Below, piece by piece: positions 48,001 through 61,129 of a DNA stretch of 64,000 bases. The notes below the pieces were generated by a model. That model did not search any database. It was given only the letters and a program-made list of their open reading frames with translations, and had not been told where the DNA came from. Source of the stretch: Hypanus sabinus (Eukaryota); NCBI RefSeq assembly GCF_030144855.1, contig NC_082715.1, positions 76,632,001-76,696,000 of the forward strand, in the 5' to 3' direction. The translations under genes were made by a program, and so were the position numbers. Within the stretch, counting starts at the first letter, position 1; the number at the start of each line of letters is the position of its first letter.

Positions 48001-49070
48001 AAATTCTAGCATGGATAAAGCAGTGAGTGATTGGCAGGAAGCAAAGAGTGGGAATAAAGTGAGCCTTTTCTGGTTGGCTGCCTTTTCTAGTGGTGTTCCA
48101 CAGGGGTCTGTGTAGGGACTGATTCTGTTACGTTTGTATGTTCATGGTTTGAATGTAATTGATGGTTTGTTGCAAAGTTTGCAGTTGATATGAAGATGAG
48201 TGAAGAGGCAGGTAGTTTTGAGGAAGTAGATCAGCTACAGAGCGACTTAGATTGGGGGAATGGGCAGAGAAATAGCAGATGGAATACAGTGTCAGGATGT
48301 GCATGGTCAGGAGGTTTGGTAGAAGGAATGAAAGAGTCAACTATTTTCTAAATGGAGAGAAAATACTAAAAACTGAGGTACAAAATGACATGGGAGTCCT
48401 TGTGCAGGATTCCTTAAACATTATTTTGCAGATTAAGTCTATGGTAAGGAAGACAAATGAAATGTTAGCATTCATTTCAAGGGGACTAGAATATAAATGT
48501 TGGAATTTTATGAAGTATTTTGTGAGGCCTCACTTGGAGTATCGTGAGCAGTCTTGGGCCCCTTGTATCAGAAAGGATGTGCTGAAACTTTTGTTCAGAG
48601 TTCAAAAAAAATAATTCCAGGATTGAATGGCATGTCATATGAAGAGCATTTGATGGCTCTATGCCTGTATTCATTAGAATTCAGAAGAATGAGGGGTGAC
48701 CTGATTGAAACCTATCGAATGTTGAAAGGCCTTGGTAGAATGGATGTGGAAATGGTGGGAGAGTCTAAGACCAGAGGACGCCTCAGAATTGAGGGCTGTC
48801 CTTTTAGAACGGAGATGAGGAAGAAGTTCTTTAGTCAGAGAATGGTGAATATCTGGAATTCTTTGGAAGAGGCAGCTGTGGAGGCCAAATCATTATGTAT
48901 ATTTAAAGCACAGATTGATAGATTGTTGATTGGCCAGGACATGAAGAGATACAGGGAGAAAGCAGGAGATTGGGGCTGAGAGGAAAATGGGATCAGTTAT
49001 GATGAAATGGCAAAGCAGACTTGATGGGCCAAATGGCCTAATTCTACTCCTATATCTTATGGTTTTAAGG
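45050..49070 (+). mobile_element. Long decayed CR1-like LINE (5'UTR, ORF1 with SGNH-esterase remnant, ORF2, tail), split by a Rex1 insertion
   Basis: ORF1 remnant LKNWCRREGIRFLDHW...YRRDGLHLNW, RT remnants at 47850-48979, and a tail ...tcttatggttttaaggtct. Confidence 0.85.
46173..47398 (-). mobile_element. Relatively young 5'-truncated Rex1/Babar-like LINE
   Basis: 236-aa [16 protein letters not shown]...[13 protein letters not shown]...LNVNKTKEM and a (tgact)n 3' tail. Confidence 0.92.
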
Positions 49071-49488
49071 TCTTAAATTATCTTTATCTAACATGGAAAT
49101 TCCTAGGGATTAGAAGAGCAAAATGTTCATTGAATGCATGGGAATATTTTATTTTACCCATAGTAGATGCTCGCACTATTCTGCATAACACTGTTCATTG
49201 CTGAGTGTAAAGTGAAAGCTTGAAGCAAGTACTTGCCCTTTTGTTGTATAATTTTAAAATGCTTTGAATGCATAGATTTATTGATTTTTAAGCATGTTTG
49301 TTAACAGTTTTAGAGGCATCACCAATTCAGTACATGAATTTTTACATAGATCAAAATAGATAAATCTGCTACTAAATTGATTATTTTCTCTTCCTAATTG
49401 TTCAGTGTCTTGGTTTGAACTGTGATCTTTGGAAAAAGTAACTCTCAAAGATGGGAAGTGTGTTGATTGAGATTAATTTTGATCATCA

Positions 49489-51080
49489 GTCAAGTTACTT
49501 TTTATTGTCCTTTCAACCAAAACAGTTAAAACGAGACAATGTTTTTCAGGACCATGGTGCGACATGAAACAATACAAAAACTCCATTGAATTACGTAAAA
49601 ACAACACAAAAAAAAGACTAGACTACAGACCTACCCAGGACTGCACAAAGTGCACAAAACAGTGCAGGCATTGCAATAAATAATAAACAAGATAATAGGC
49701 ACAGTAGAAGGCAGTGAGTTGGTGTCAGTCCAGGCTCTGGGTATTAAGGAGTCTGATAGCTTGGGGGAAGAAACTGTTACATAGTCTGGTCTTGAGAGAT
49801 GGCAGGAGGGAGAAGAGTTTGTATGAGGGGTGCCTGGGGTCCTTCATAATGCTGTTTGCTTTGTGGATGCAGCGTGTGGTGTAAGTGTCCATAATGGCGG
49901 GAAGAGAGACCCCGATGATCTTCTCAGCTGACCTCACTATCCGCTGCAGGGTCTTGCGATCCAAGATGGTGCAATTTCCAAACCAGACGGTGATGCAGCT
50001 ACTTAGGATGCTCTCAATACAACCCCTGTAGAATGTGGTGAGGATGGGGGGGTGGGAGATGGATTTTCCTTGGCCTTCACAGAAAGTAGAGACGCTGCTG
50101 GGCTTTGTTTGCTACGGAGCTTGTGTTGAGGGACCAGATGAGATTCTTCGCCAGGTGAACACCAAGAAATTTTAACGACCATTGATGTTCAGTGGAGAGT
50201 GGTCACTCCATGCCCTCCTGAAGTCAACAACCATCTCTTTTGTTTCGTTCACATTCAGAGACAGGTTGTTGGCTCTGCATCAGTCCATTAGCCACTGCAC
50301 CTCCTCTCTCTATGCTGACTTGTCGTTCTTGCTGATGAGACCCACCACGGTTGTGTCATTGGCGAACTTGATGATGTAGTTTGAGCTGTGTGTTGCAGCA
50401 CAGTCGTGGGTCAGCAAAGTGAACAGCAGTGGACTGAGCACACAGTCCTGGGGGGGCCCCCGTGCTCAGTGTGATGGTGTTGGAGATGCTGCTCCCGATC
50501 CGGACTGACTGAGGTCTCCCAGTCAGGAAGTCTAGGATCCAGTTGCAGAGGGAGGTGTTCAGGCCCAGTAGGCTCAGCTTTCCAATCAGTTTCTGAGGGA
50601 CGCTTGTGTTGAATGCTGAACTGAAGTCTATGAACAGCATTTGAATGTATGTGTCTTTTTTGTCCAGGTGGGTTAGGGCCAGGTGGAGGGTGGTGGCGAT
50701 GGTGTTGTTTGTTGAATGGTTGGGACGGTATACGAACTGCAGGGGGTCCAGTGGGGGGGGCAGCAGTGTCTTGATGTGGCTCATGACAAGTCCCTCAAAA
50801 CACTTCATGATGATGGATGTGAGTGCAACGGGACTGTAGTCATTGAGGCTTGACACTGAAGTCTTCTTTGGCATGGGGACGATGGTAGTGGCCTCGAAGT
50901 ATGCTGGAACGACAGCACTGCTCAGAGACATTGAAGATGTCAGTGAGAAAATCTGCTAGCTGGTCTGCACATTCTCTAAGCACTCTGCCAGGAATTTTGT
51001 CTGGTCCAGCAGCTTTCCATGGGTTGACCCTGCACAGGGTTCTCCTCACATTGGCCATGATAAGACACAGCACCTGGTCA
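49489..51080 (-). mobile_element. Second copy of the same Rex1/Babar-like family
   Basis: [32 protein letters not shown] and [10 protein letters not shown] motifs. Long near-identical stretches with 46173-47398. tcatcagt occurs at both ends. Confidence 0.92.
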
Positions 51081-51849
51081 TCAGTTAGTAGGACTTACAT
51101 TTTTTTTGAAATTTGTCTCCTTGCATAAATTTAATATTTAGCTAAGACATTTTATCAAATGTTAGAGAAAACTTCTGGATCAAATGCACATGTTTATCCA
51201 AACTATTCCCAGTTTTGTGAGTTCATTATTTTAAGACAATTCTATTTCTATTGAATACATTGAGAAGTTTGATATTTAGTGACGACGGTACACTTTGGGC
51301 TGCTGCTCTGCTTTTGTTTTGCTGATTCAGAGGAGCTGTTACAATTTGCTTGAGGATGAGGAATTTATCTTGGTTACACTACCTTAAATTTCTAGTAGAA
51401 GGAGACAAAATGTTATACTCCTACAGTTATATCCTGTGGAATTGTTTATTTGTGCATCATGACTACAGATGCCACCTCGTTTGAATCTGATTTGAAGTCT
51501 TACAAGCTCCATGGCAGATAAACCAGGGTAGCTTTGCCAGAAAATCTTTTTATTCAGGCTGTGGATTTTCCCATGCTACTACTCAGTCACTATACCAATA
51601 TGCTGTGACAGTTTTCTGTGCATTTGTAGAATGATTTCTGAGCTATTCCCTCCAGCCTGCACACCTGAGTTACCATTTCGGTGGGTTTGGCCTGGTCCTG
51701 GGACTAAATGTACCTGGAAATTGAAGTGGAGAAGTTTGAAACATAGTCCAACTTGCTGATCGTCTCGGGCTGTGGCTTGACTAGCTTGTGGGATAGCTTT
51801 TTCAGTTTGGGTACCTAACCCCTGATGTTTGTGACTTTGTCATGTGTAG

Positions 51850-52270
51850 AACATAGAAGACTTACAAAACTTCAATCTACGATATTATGCCAACCCTTTA
51901 GGATCAGCCTGACCTTCCCTCTCGCATAGTTCTTAATTTTACTTTTATCCATAGACCTATCTAAAAGTCTCTTGTATGTCCCTAATGTATCTACTTCTAC
52001 CACCACCCTGACAGTGCATTCTATGCACTTGCCACTGTGTTTAAAAAGCAAAATACTACTTTGGAAATCTTCCTCCCTATATTTTTCTCCAGGCTTCTTA
52101 AAGTTGAGCCCCTTCGTGTTAGTGATTTCTGTCTTGGGTACTCTTATCAAGTTACTTCTCATCATCCTTCACTCCAAAAAGAAAGGCCCTGGCTTGCTCA
52201 GCCTATGCTCATAGACATGCACTCTAAACCAGGCATCCTGGTAAACCTCCTCTGCATCCTTTTTAAAGCT
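51850..52270 (-). mobile_element. CR1 3' tail remnant
   Basis: VVVEVDTLGTYKRLLDR. Confidence 0.7.
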
Positions 52271-53769
52271 TTGAAAATGTTGAATTTAATGCCTTGGTTG
52301 ATGCCATGTTGTTGGTCCAGTTGTGTTTTATCACTGAAAATGTTGTAATAACTGTATGACTGAGGCCACTTCACAGTCTATTGAAGGGCCAAAATTTATG
52401 AAGTGGTTGTGAAGTTGCAGATAGTGTAGAGGTCTTGGGTAAAGAAATGGGCATTGGTGAACTAGATGGGTTTTTTTGCCATGAGCTAGTAGTTTTCATG
52501 ATTATCAATATTACATCTAATTGGTGTATTCCCTTCACCCATCTCCCAAATTCTAGATCTTCAAAACTATTTTTGAAAATAGTTTCAAAATATGAAATTG
52601 TGGTACTATTATCTTTACACCAATCCTCTTGAAATAAAAACTAGTTTTCCATTAAGAGGTGTGGAGAGGGGAAGAAACACATGGTTTTCTGAAAGAAAAC
52701 CATTTTATGATACAGATGCCTAGCCATCACCATTATAATTGTTGTATAAAGAACAGACAGGTGACATCCTCCCCTGTGCAGCACTCCTTTTGGTGGGAAC
52801 AGCAGCGTGAGGAGGATTGGGTGATGCAATTGGGTTACCTAGCATGACTTTCTAGGAGTGAGACCATGTTCTCTCTGGACAAAATAGCTTGAATATCCTT
52901 GCAACAATCTTGCCTAAATTGTCAGTCATCCACTCCTCTCAGTGCTGTTGTTTCTCCACCTCCCTTCATGATGCCACCCCCTAGCCTTTCTTCTTGTCAT
53001 TTCTCTTCCCTGGATGAATGCTGGAGAGTTTCTGTAACCTGGTTACAGTGGTGCAGTAGTTAACACTAGTTTCTTGCAGCTTCTTACTGCTGTGAGTTCT
53101 TTAACTCTTCCCTCTCCTGCGCCCTTCCCTACAGAAAAATTTATCTCCTGCTTCTCTTGTATCCTAATAAAGTATATAAAGTTCAAAGTACATAAATGTC
53201 ACCATATATAACCTTGTGATTCTTTTTCTTGAGGAGGTCATTCAGCTCATTAAGACAATGTTTGCTTTCTGAATAATTCCATTGATCCTTCCTCACCAAT
53301 ACCTCCCCCACACTTCTCTATAACCTGGTGCCTATCCATTCCACCTTAGTTCTCTTACCACTCCCCTGTACTTGGAGTAATTAGCAGTAACCAATTTTCT
53401 TACTAATCTGCAAATTAAAGATTAGTTTTATTTGTTACATGTACATCAAAATATTTAGTGATATAGATTGTATCATTGAACAACACAGTGTGAGATTCAC
53501 TGGCGGCAGCCCACAAATGGCACCATGCTTCCTGCTGCAACATAGCACACCCACAATTTACTAACACTAACTCATCCATTTTTAGAATATGGGAACAAAC
53601 TAGAGTTCACAAAGACAACCCACCTGGTCATGGAGAGAATGCAAACTTCTTGAGTGTGGCAGGAACCGAACCCCAATCTTACAGTTGACACAGAACATTT
53701 TGCTAATTGCAGTGCTACTGAACCTCACCCAATGCTTTTGGAATATTGACAGAAACAGGATCCTGTCTA

Positions 53770-54850
53770 GCCAATCCTAAGAGTTTTTTTGAGGAGGTTT
53801 GGTGTAGGAAAGGCTGTGGATGTTGTCAAAGCCCTTGGTGAAGGTCGCATAGACAGTTCCATGTGGCAGGCTGCTCTGGAAGGGTATGTTGCTTGGCATT
53901 CAAGATGAAGTGGTAAAATTGGATTCTGTCTTACCTTGGTGAGAGAAGATGGAGAATGGTGGTGGATGCTTGTGTCTGACTTGACACCTGTGACTGGTGG
54001 TGTGCCACAGAGATCGGTGGTGATTCTGATATTTATCATTTATATTAATGATTTAGATAATAATGTAGTAGACTGGATTAGCAAATTTGCGAGGAAGGTG
54101 GTCGAAGCTTGTAGTGTAATTTGGACCAGCTGGGAAAGTGTGCTGAAAAATGGTATATGGAATTTGATACATAGTGGTGTGGGGTGTTGTACTTTGACAG
54201 AACAAACCAGGGTGGGAGGAATTTGTGGTGAGACACTGGAGTAGAATAGAGAGATCTGGGATTGAAAATCCGTGGTCCTTTGAAATTGTTGTTGCAGGTA
54301 GCTAGGGTCATGAGGAGAACTTTTGGCACGTTGTCCTTCATAGATCAGAGCATTGACTAGAAATTAGGATGCCGTCTTGAAGTTGTATAGGGCATTGTTG
54401 AAGCTGAACTTAGAGTATTGTATGATGTTCAGGTCACAATATGCAGGAAAAATATCAGTGCACTGAGTTCAGGGAAAATTTTATTTCAGTTTACAGGATG
54501 GTAACAGGCCCTTCTAGCCCAGCGAGGTCACACCACCCAATTACCCCCATTTGACCATTTAACCTACTAATCTATACGTGTTTTAGATTGTGGGAGGAAA
54601 CACACTCAATAACGGGAAGAACATTAAAAAAAACTCCTTACAGACAACAGCAGGAGTTGAACCTGGATCACTGGTGCTGAATTGGCGTTATCCTACCGTG
54701 CTCCCCCACGCCCCCAGCATTTGCAGCAATGTTGCCAGAACTTGAGGACCTGAGTTAATGAGCAGTTAAAAAGACTGGAACTTTATTTCCTCGTTAGGCA
54801 ACACAGTCAGCATGGACCTGGAGAGCTAAAGGGTCTGTTTCCATGCTGTA
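53770..54850 (+). mobile_element. Old CR1 RT remnant with a nested SINE
   Basis: PVTGGVPQRSV...IYINDLD. Confidence 0.7.
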
Positions 54851-55467
54851 TAACCCAGGAAAAACCCATGTGGTCACAGGGGGGCACATGCAGATTTTCT
54901 GCCAATAGCATCAGAGGTCACTATTGAACTTTCATTGGAGCTGAAGCACAGGCATGTCCTCAGTAATGTCTACAAATTTCACAGTCCATTCATTTCCACA
55001 CTCTCTTGCTGTAATCTCTAAAGCAAACGTTTCTAAACCTGCTCCCCACACCACCTCCTTCACTACCCTACCATTCAGGGCCCCAAACAGTCCTTTCAGT
55101 TGAGGCATCACTTCACCTGCGAGTCTGTTGGGGTCATCTACTGTATCTTGTGCTCCTGGTGTGGTCTCCTGTATATTGTGAGATCTGATGTAGATTGGCC
55201 TCTACTGTTGCGATGAGGCTAGACTCCGGTTGGAGGAACAACACCTTACATTCCGTCTGGGTAGCCTCCAACCTGATGGCATGAAGATCGATTTATCGGA
55301 CTTCCCATAATGCCCCCTCCATCACCAATCCCCATTCCCATTTCCCTCTCTCACCTTATCTCCTTACCTGCCCATAACCTCCCTCATGTGCTCCTCCTTC
55401 TTCCCTTTCTTTTATGTCCTTCTGTCCCCTCCTATCAGATTCCTCCTTCTCCAGCCCTTTATCTCTT

Positions 55468-56320
55468 GGCTGATTTATACTTCTGCATCAAATGAACTCC
55501 GTAGGTACGGTGTAGCTGCGTAACCTATGCCGTACCCTACGCCCTACCCTACTGATGCACCATCAATAACTCACTCTGAGATGTAAAGGCGAGATATTGG
55601 CTTTTATTGACTGGAAGAAGGAACAAGCAGTGAGTGACCACCACACTACATCCTGGAGACTGAGAGGCCGGACTCAGGCCTCAATCGCCTTTATACAGGG
55701 GTCTGTGGGAGGAGCCACAGGAGCAGTCAACAGGGGGCGTGTCCAGACAGGTATATGTAGTTCACCACACCTACGCCATAGTCTGATGCGCACCTCTCCA
55801 AAAATGTAACTGCGGGTGGGCAGGCCACAGCACCTGTGATTGGTCTGCTTGGTAGCATCACATTTCCTCCTGTATATAGGCATACTGTACGTACACTGAT
55901 GCAAAATAAATGATTGGAGACGGTGAACCAAATCGTCAAAACTGAAAACATGCCGACATCTGAAAATATTTGAAATGCATTTCCTCGTATGTGTATCTCA
56001 GTGGCCGGACAAGCACAGAAAATTCACTCTCCTCCTGCCTCAATCTGTTCAATGGACATACATAGCATCTCCTCCTCCATCTTCTCTCTTTTCTGCATTG
56101 CAGTAATTTCAGTAAAAGTAACCCTTGTTCACCATTTATTAGCTCAAACTCCAACATGATGTGCTCAGTCGCCATTAGAAACCACACAGCCAACTAGTGT
56201 TTTGGTGGTGAATTGCAGAGTAATGCAGACACACCAATGCACAGGTATAAATGCTCGCAACGGCACAGGCCACTTACGAAGGCTGCAGCGCAGGCTACTA
56301 CGCAGAAGTATAAATCAGCC
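55468..56320 (-). mobile_element. Non-autonomous PIF/Harbinger element
   Basis: Perfect 19-bp TIR ggctgatttatacttctgc (55468-55486 and 56302-56320). ORF 55936-56193 resembles a Harbinger transposase N-terminus (RRWRRR.YV.PLN...EFSVLV..LR...EEMHFKYFQMS). Confidence 0.85.
55553..55769 (-). mobile_element. Solo LTR, family A
   Basis: TG...CA termini with a perfect 5-bp TSD CCTAC (55548-55552 and 55770-55774). Near-identical to 21807-22051. Confidence 0.88.
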
Positions 56321-58321
56321 TTTACACTGATTGACCTCCCAGCTCTTTACTTCACCCCTCCTCCTCTCCTAGTTTCATTTATCACCAACTACCTTGTACT
56401 TCTTCCTCCCCTACCTCAATCTTCTTACTCTGACTTCTATCTTTTCTCCAGTTCTGATGAAGGGTCTTGGCCCAAAATATTGACAGTTTACTCTTTTCCA
56501 TAAATGCTGCCTGGCCTGCTGAGTTCCTCAAGCATTTTGTGTGTGTTGCTCAGATCTCCAGCATCTGGAGATTTTCTCTTGTTTCTAAATTACAGACTGA
56601 AAATGTCTCTTGTACTCAAACCTTCAAGCTTTCCTAATAAAATACATTAAACCTCGGGCCCAGATTTTGTTTACTTAAGTCTTAGACTTCCAACTTCAAA
56701 AAGCACAAGTTTAAATTTATGATTTAATAAATTTAGCATCAGTGTACGTGGTTTAGTACGTGGTGCAAAACGATTGATTGTCAGTTTAAAACTCCTTTTC
56801 ATCCAGTTTACCATGAGAAACATCATAATAGGTCTCTAGTTTATGGTACCTTTTTCAGCTATCTATTTAATTTCTTGTAATATTGCAATTTAACCATGTG
56901 GTTCCACAAATCGATGATTGCCCTTGCATAAAATAATCTGTAATTTGTAGTTAATTTTGTTGCTGTAAATCCTTGAATATCCAAGTAAAGGACAATGTGC
57001 AAGTGATACCCCACTGTGAGTCATGTAGCAAATAGCACAGCATACATTAGGTTGGCTAAAGGTGTACTGTTCGGGAAATGTGAACATGATGTAGAGTAAT
57101 TATTGGGCGGCACTGTAACCTTGGGAGGGTGAAACGTGCGTCTTCAATGCCATCTATTCAGCAGTAAAGAAAGCTGTTATTAAATTAGACAGCTTTGATC
57201 TGGTGTAACTGTTGACTCTAGCAATGAAGATTTGAATAATTTTTGTTTGAGATTTAGTTTAAGATTAAGTTTTGTTACATTGCTGTTTTCTATAGATAAT
57301 TAGAGGTAAATTGAAAGGCTGTAACTTGATTATTGGGAGCCCAGATTATAAAGTACTTAAGCTTGGTTCTTGTTGAATGTTCAATTGTAGAGCTATTTAT
57401 AGTGTAATTATACCATGATATTTGAGTAGAGATACAAGCAATTTCCCTTTGACTATGAAGCTACTGTGCATGGTGACATATTTATCACATCTATCCTTGC
57501 CAGTGTGATAATGCATAATAACTGAGGGATTCTGGTTCTATTCATTCCAGATTCTTTTCCATGCGGTTCCTGGTGTGGAATATATTTGATATTTTAGGCT
57601 TTTGCAGCATTGAAAATTTTGGAGAAGGAAGACACTGGAAAGCCAGAATAATAGTTATGAATGCAAATTTGTGTTGAGTGTGCTTTGGTAGCCTCAGTTC
57701 TAAAAGAAAATGTGCATCATCCAGCACTGTTGTGAGGCCCAACCAAAATTTAAGGAACAGCACATTGAGTTCTGCACATGTTGTAGCCTTTCAGGCTCCA
57801 CGTTGAATTCTGTAACTGTAGTTAATGAACTCTTTCTTACTATCTATAGCAGACTTGCCATTTCTACCAGTTATGCATCTTCAGCTTTGGCTCTGTATTT
57901 CTCTCCTCCATCAGTACAATCTGGCTTGTTGTGCATGTACTACAGCCCAGCTATTATCAACTTGTAATGGACAAAGAAGTATAATATGCTTCTAATTTCC
58001 ACATGATCTAATTTTGGTCTCGCCCTATCGGAGTTATTCTCTTTTATTCTACTTCACCACCTCCCGTACTGCCGTTTTCCCTTTCTCAGTTTTGATGAAG
58101 GGAGATGTGAGATTGTAGATGCTGGGATCTGGATTATAAATATTGCTGGAAGAACTCAGCAGGTCAAGCAGAACCTGTGGAGGTAAAGGGATTGTCAATG
58201 TTTTTTCTTTCAAGGAAGTCCCTTCAGAACAGAGATGAGGAGGAATTTCTTTAGCTAGAGAGTGGTGAATCTGTAGAATTCATTGCCACAGACAGCTGTG
58301 GAGGCTAAGTCATTGGGTATA

Positions 58322-59072
58322 GAGTGGATTCCAGTTAATTGGAACACATTGGGACCAGTACATTTTAGCACAGTTAAGTGGCTGCCCCAATTAGCTGAAG
58401 TTTCATGGAAATAGTTAAAAAGGTATAAAAAATTAAGTATTTAAATTAAATGTTGAACAACTTGTAACATTACCAATACTACTACGGTACTATAAAACTG
58501 TGTGTTGATTCCTGATACTTATTGATGGAGAAATTCATCTACAAGGGGTTCTTTTGACTGTAAATGTACAAAATCATCACAGAGCTAGTACAGATAATGG
58601 TCTGCGTTTACAATACTGTTGTCTATTGTATCCTACAAATCTTCATTTTTATTGTAACATTCAAGATGATTGTCGAAACTTTCAAATTATTCATAGTTCC
58701 TCACTTGTTGAAGTAGTGAAATCATTTTATTTTCACTCTTAGCTGTTTCTGGCATCTCCATTCCTGAATGCTTGAGCAAAACAGTTCTGCGTTGTCTTGC
58801 TGCATGCTTTTTGAACATGAACACACACAACTGAGGCTGTTTTAAAAACTACTCTAAGCACGGTGTAGTGTCTAACGGCCATTCAAGTGCACGTGAATGA
58901 CGCTAGTTAGAAACTGTTTGGCTACAGTCTCCTGCCCCATTTATGCAGCATTGTGTTCCATTTTAACAAAAAAGGAAGGGAACCGTGGCTATTTTCTTAA
59001 GTTTTTGTTCTTTAAGAGTTGTCCCAAATAAACAACTGCCCCAATTATGGTCCAAATAACCAGAATCAGCTA
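58322..59072. mobile_element. Probable pogo/Tigger-like MITE
   Basis: Imperfect inverted ends (gagtggattccagttaattgg and ccaaataaccagaatc), a TA on the left, and subterminal ctgcccca(a/t)tta repeats. Confidence 0.45.
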
Positions 59073-60560
59073 GACTAAGGGCCTCTCGGTCAATCTGAGT
59101 GTAGTTGAGTTCTGCACTCATCAGTGATCTCGAAGCAAATGCAATCAGACTTTCAGATTTGTCTTTCATAGTGTGTGACAAAATGGCACTGATGCCATAA
59201 GGACACACCAGTCTTATGGGCTGAGATGGGTCATCATGGGTGAGTAGTTTATCTGATGTTGTTAGTCTCTTTGTTTTCTTAAATGCTCTTTCACATCTTT
59301 CTGACTGCTCTCACTTTGCTCCAATCTTCAATATTGCATTCAATGGGTGCAGCACTGTAGCAAGATTTGGGAGAAACCTGTGGTAGTAGTTTACAAGGCC
59401 CAAGTATGACCTGAGTTGTGACCCATTTCCAGTTTGGGTGCCTTGTAGCACTGCTTCGATCCTCTCTTGTGACCTATGTCAGGAGTATATGACATATGGG
59501 GTGGCACAATAGTGTAGTGGTTAGTGCAACACTTTATAATATAGATGACCTGGGTTCAGTTCCCTTTGCTGCCTGTTTAAGGAGTTTGTACGTTCACTCC
59601 ATAACCATGTGAGTTTCCTCTGTGTGCTCCGGTTTCCTCCCTCAGTCCAAAGATGTACAGTTGGTGGTTTAATTGGCCTTTGTAAAATTGTCCTGTGATT
59701 AGGCTCGGGAATTCTGTGCAGTGAGGCTCAAAAGGCTGGAAGGGCAGATTCCATGCTGTATCTTAATAAGTAGGTAAGCCATGCTTGTCAATGACATGTC
59801 CACGATATGAGATTTCATTCCTGAAAAACTCTCACTTCTGTCTCTGTGCATAGACCATACTCACTCAGCCTGCTAAGCACTTTACCAAGGTTCTGGAGGT
59901 GCTCTTCATCATTCTTGACAGTCACGATGCTGTCATCAAGGTAATATTGTGTTCCTGAGATATCTTGGAGCACTTGGTCCATTGCTCTTTGCCAAATTGC
60001 TGGAGCTGCTGTGACACCAAAGACCAGATAATTATACTGGACCAGTCTCTTGTGAGTGTGAGGAATTTCCTGCTTTACCTCTCAATCTTCATTTGCAAAT
60101 AGGTTTGTGACAAGTCAATCTTTCAAAACCTCTCCCTGCCTGCTGAAGATGCAAAAATGTCTTTTATGCGTGGCAGGAAATGCTGCACAGTTTGCAGCAC
60201 AGGGTTGAAGCTCACTTTGAAGTCCCCATATATTGGAACAGCTACAACTTTCCCTTTCTTGATCAATGGGTGCGGCGGTAGCTTCTTTTGAGTACTTTGA
60301 TTATGCATCCCACATACAAGCCTGTCCCTTTAATGCCTCAGAAGGTCCACCTCTAAAGTCACAGTACTAGGAAAGTTTGCACAGTTCTGCAGTGTATTCA
60401 GAAATGCTTTCATGTTTTGACTGGTTAGCTATTACTCGCGGTACTGGGTTCATCATTTTGTAAAATTGCAACACTTTTGTCAAATGTCTTGCTTGCTGGC
60501 TTTTCAGGAGTTACTAAGTTGAGTGAGAGACTATATGTTCTAGCATCCTTTAAGTTAACC
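59073..60560 (-). mobile_element. Gypsy/Ty3 LTR retrotransposon internal remnant (gag, RT, RNase H)
   Basis: gag ESISEYTAELCKLS.YCDF...ALRDRLVCGM, RT FGVTAAPAIWQRAMDQVLQ...YYLDD, and RNase H IAFASRSLMSAELNYTQIDREAL. Confidence 0.88.
59497..59770 (+). mobile_element. V-SINE nested in the Gypsy RT
   Basis: ggggtggcacaatagtgtagtggttag head plus V-domain core. Confidence 0.75.
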
Positions 60561-61129
60561 TTACCTTATCCACATTGTTAACATTACAAAACATTCAACC
60601 CTTTCTATATACAATTCCCAGTCCTCATTAGCATTATCAAATTTGTTAACTTTCCCGATCAAGGCCATCGTCATGTTATTTTCACTTTAGCTTTGCTATT
60701 TGTGCATTTCTCATTGTGTACTGTGTGTTGTTACTCGTGCACCCTTTTCTAGCATCCATAACCGTCTTCACCATATTGGTTCAGTTCACTCTTCCTTGTC
60801 ACTGTCTCTCTCCCTTCCTCTGAATTTTGTTGTCTTGTAACTGTTGGTACAGTTTGTGATATTTGCTGACATTCCGGTTTGTACTCATTGCCAATTCATT
60901 GTGTCTCTACAACTACATATCAAATAAATAAAGAGACAAATTTGGAAGAGAAGTTAACTGGTATATTCACTTTGCAGAGAGAGCAACACATCAATGCACA
61001 CACAAGTTGTTACTGAATAACTAGTGCTGAGAGGAGTCCATACATTATAGTGTCCTGTGTTTGTTAGTTTTCCACTGTTGAAGAATGGGTTGGAAATAAT
61101 GGCAAATATATGTAGTTGGAGTCGTGGTG

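Larger units (their letters stand above)
55030..56585 (+). mobile_element. Penelope-like element 3' part, split by a Harbinger insertion
   Basis: GPKQSFQLRHHFTCESVGVIYCILCSWCGLLYI (GIY-YIG). It resumes at 56321 and ends with ttCTGATGAagggtcttggcccaaaa and the terminal repeat. Confidence 0.85.

Noticed and set aside
60560-61100. Possible 5' LTR and primer-binding site of the Gypsy remnant
   Set aside because: TGG-starting PBS-like candidates exist on the minus strand (near 60771 and 60893), but no LTR pair or TSD could be defined.
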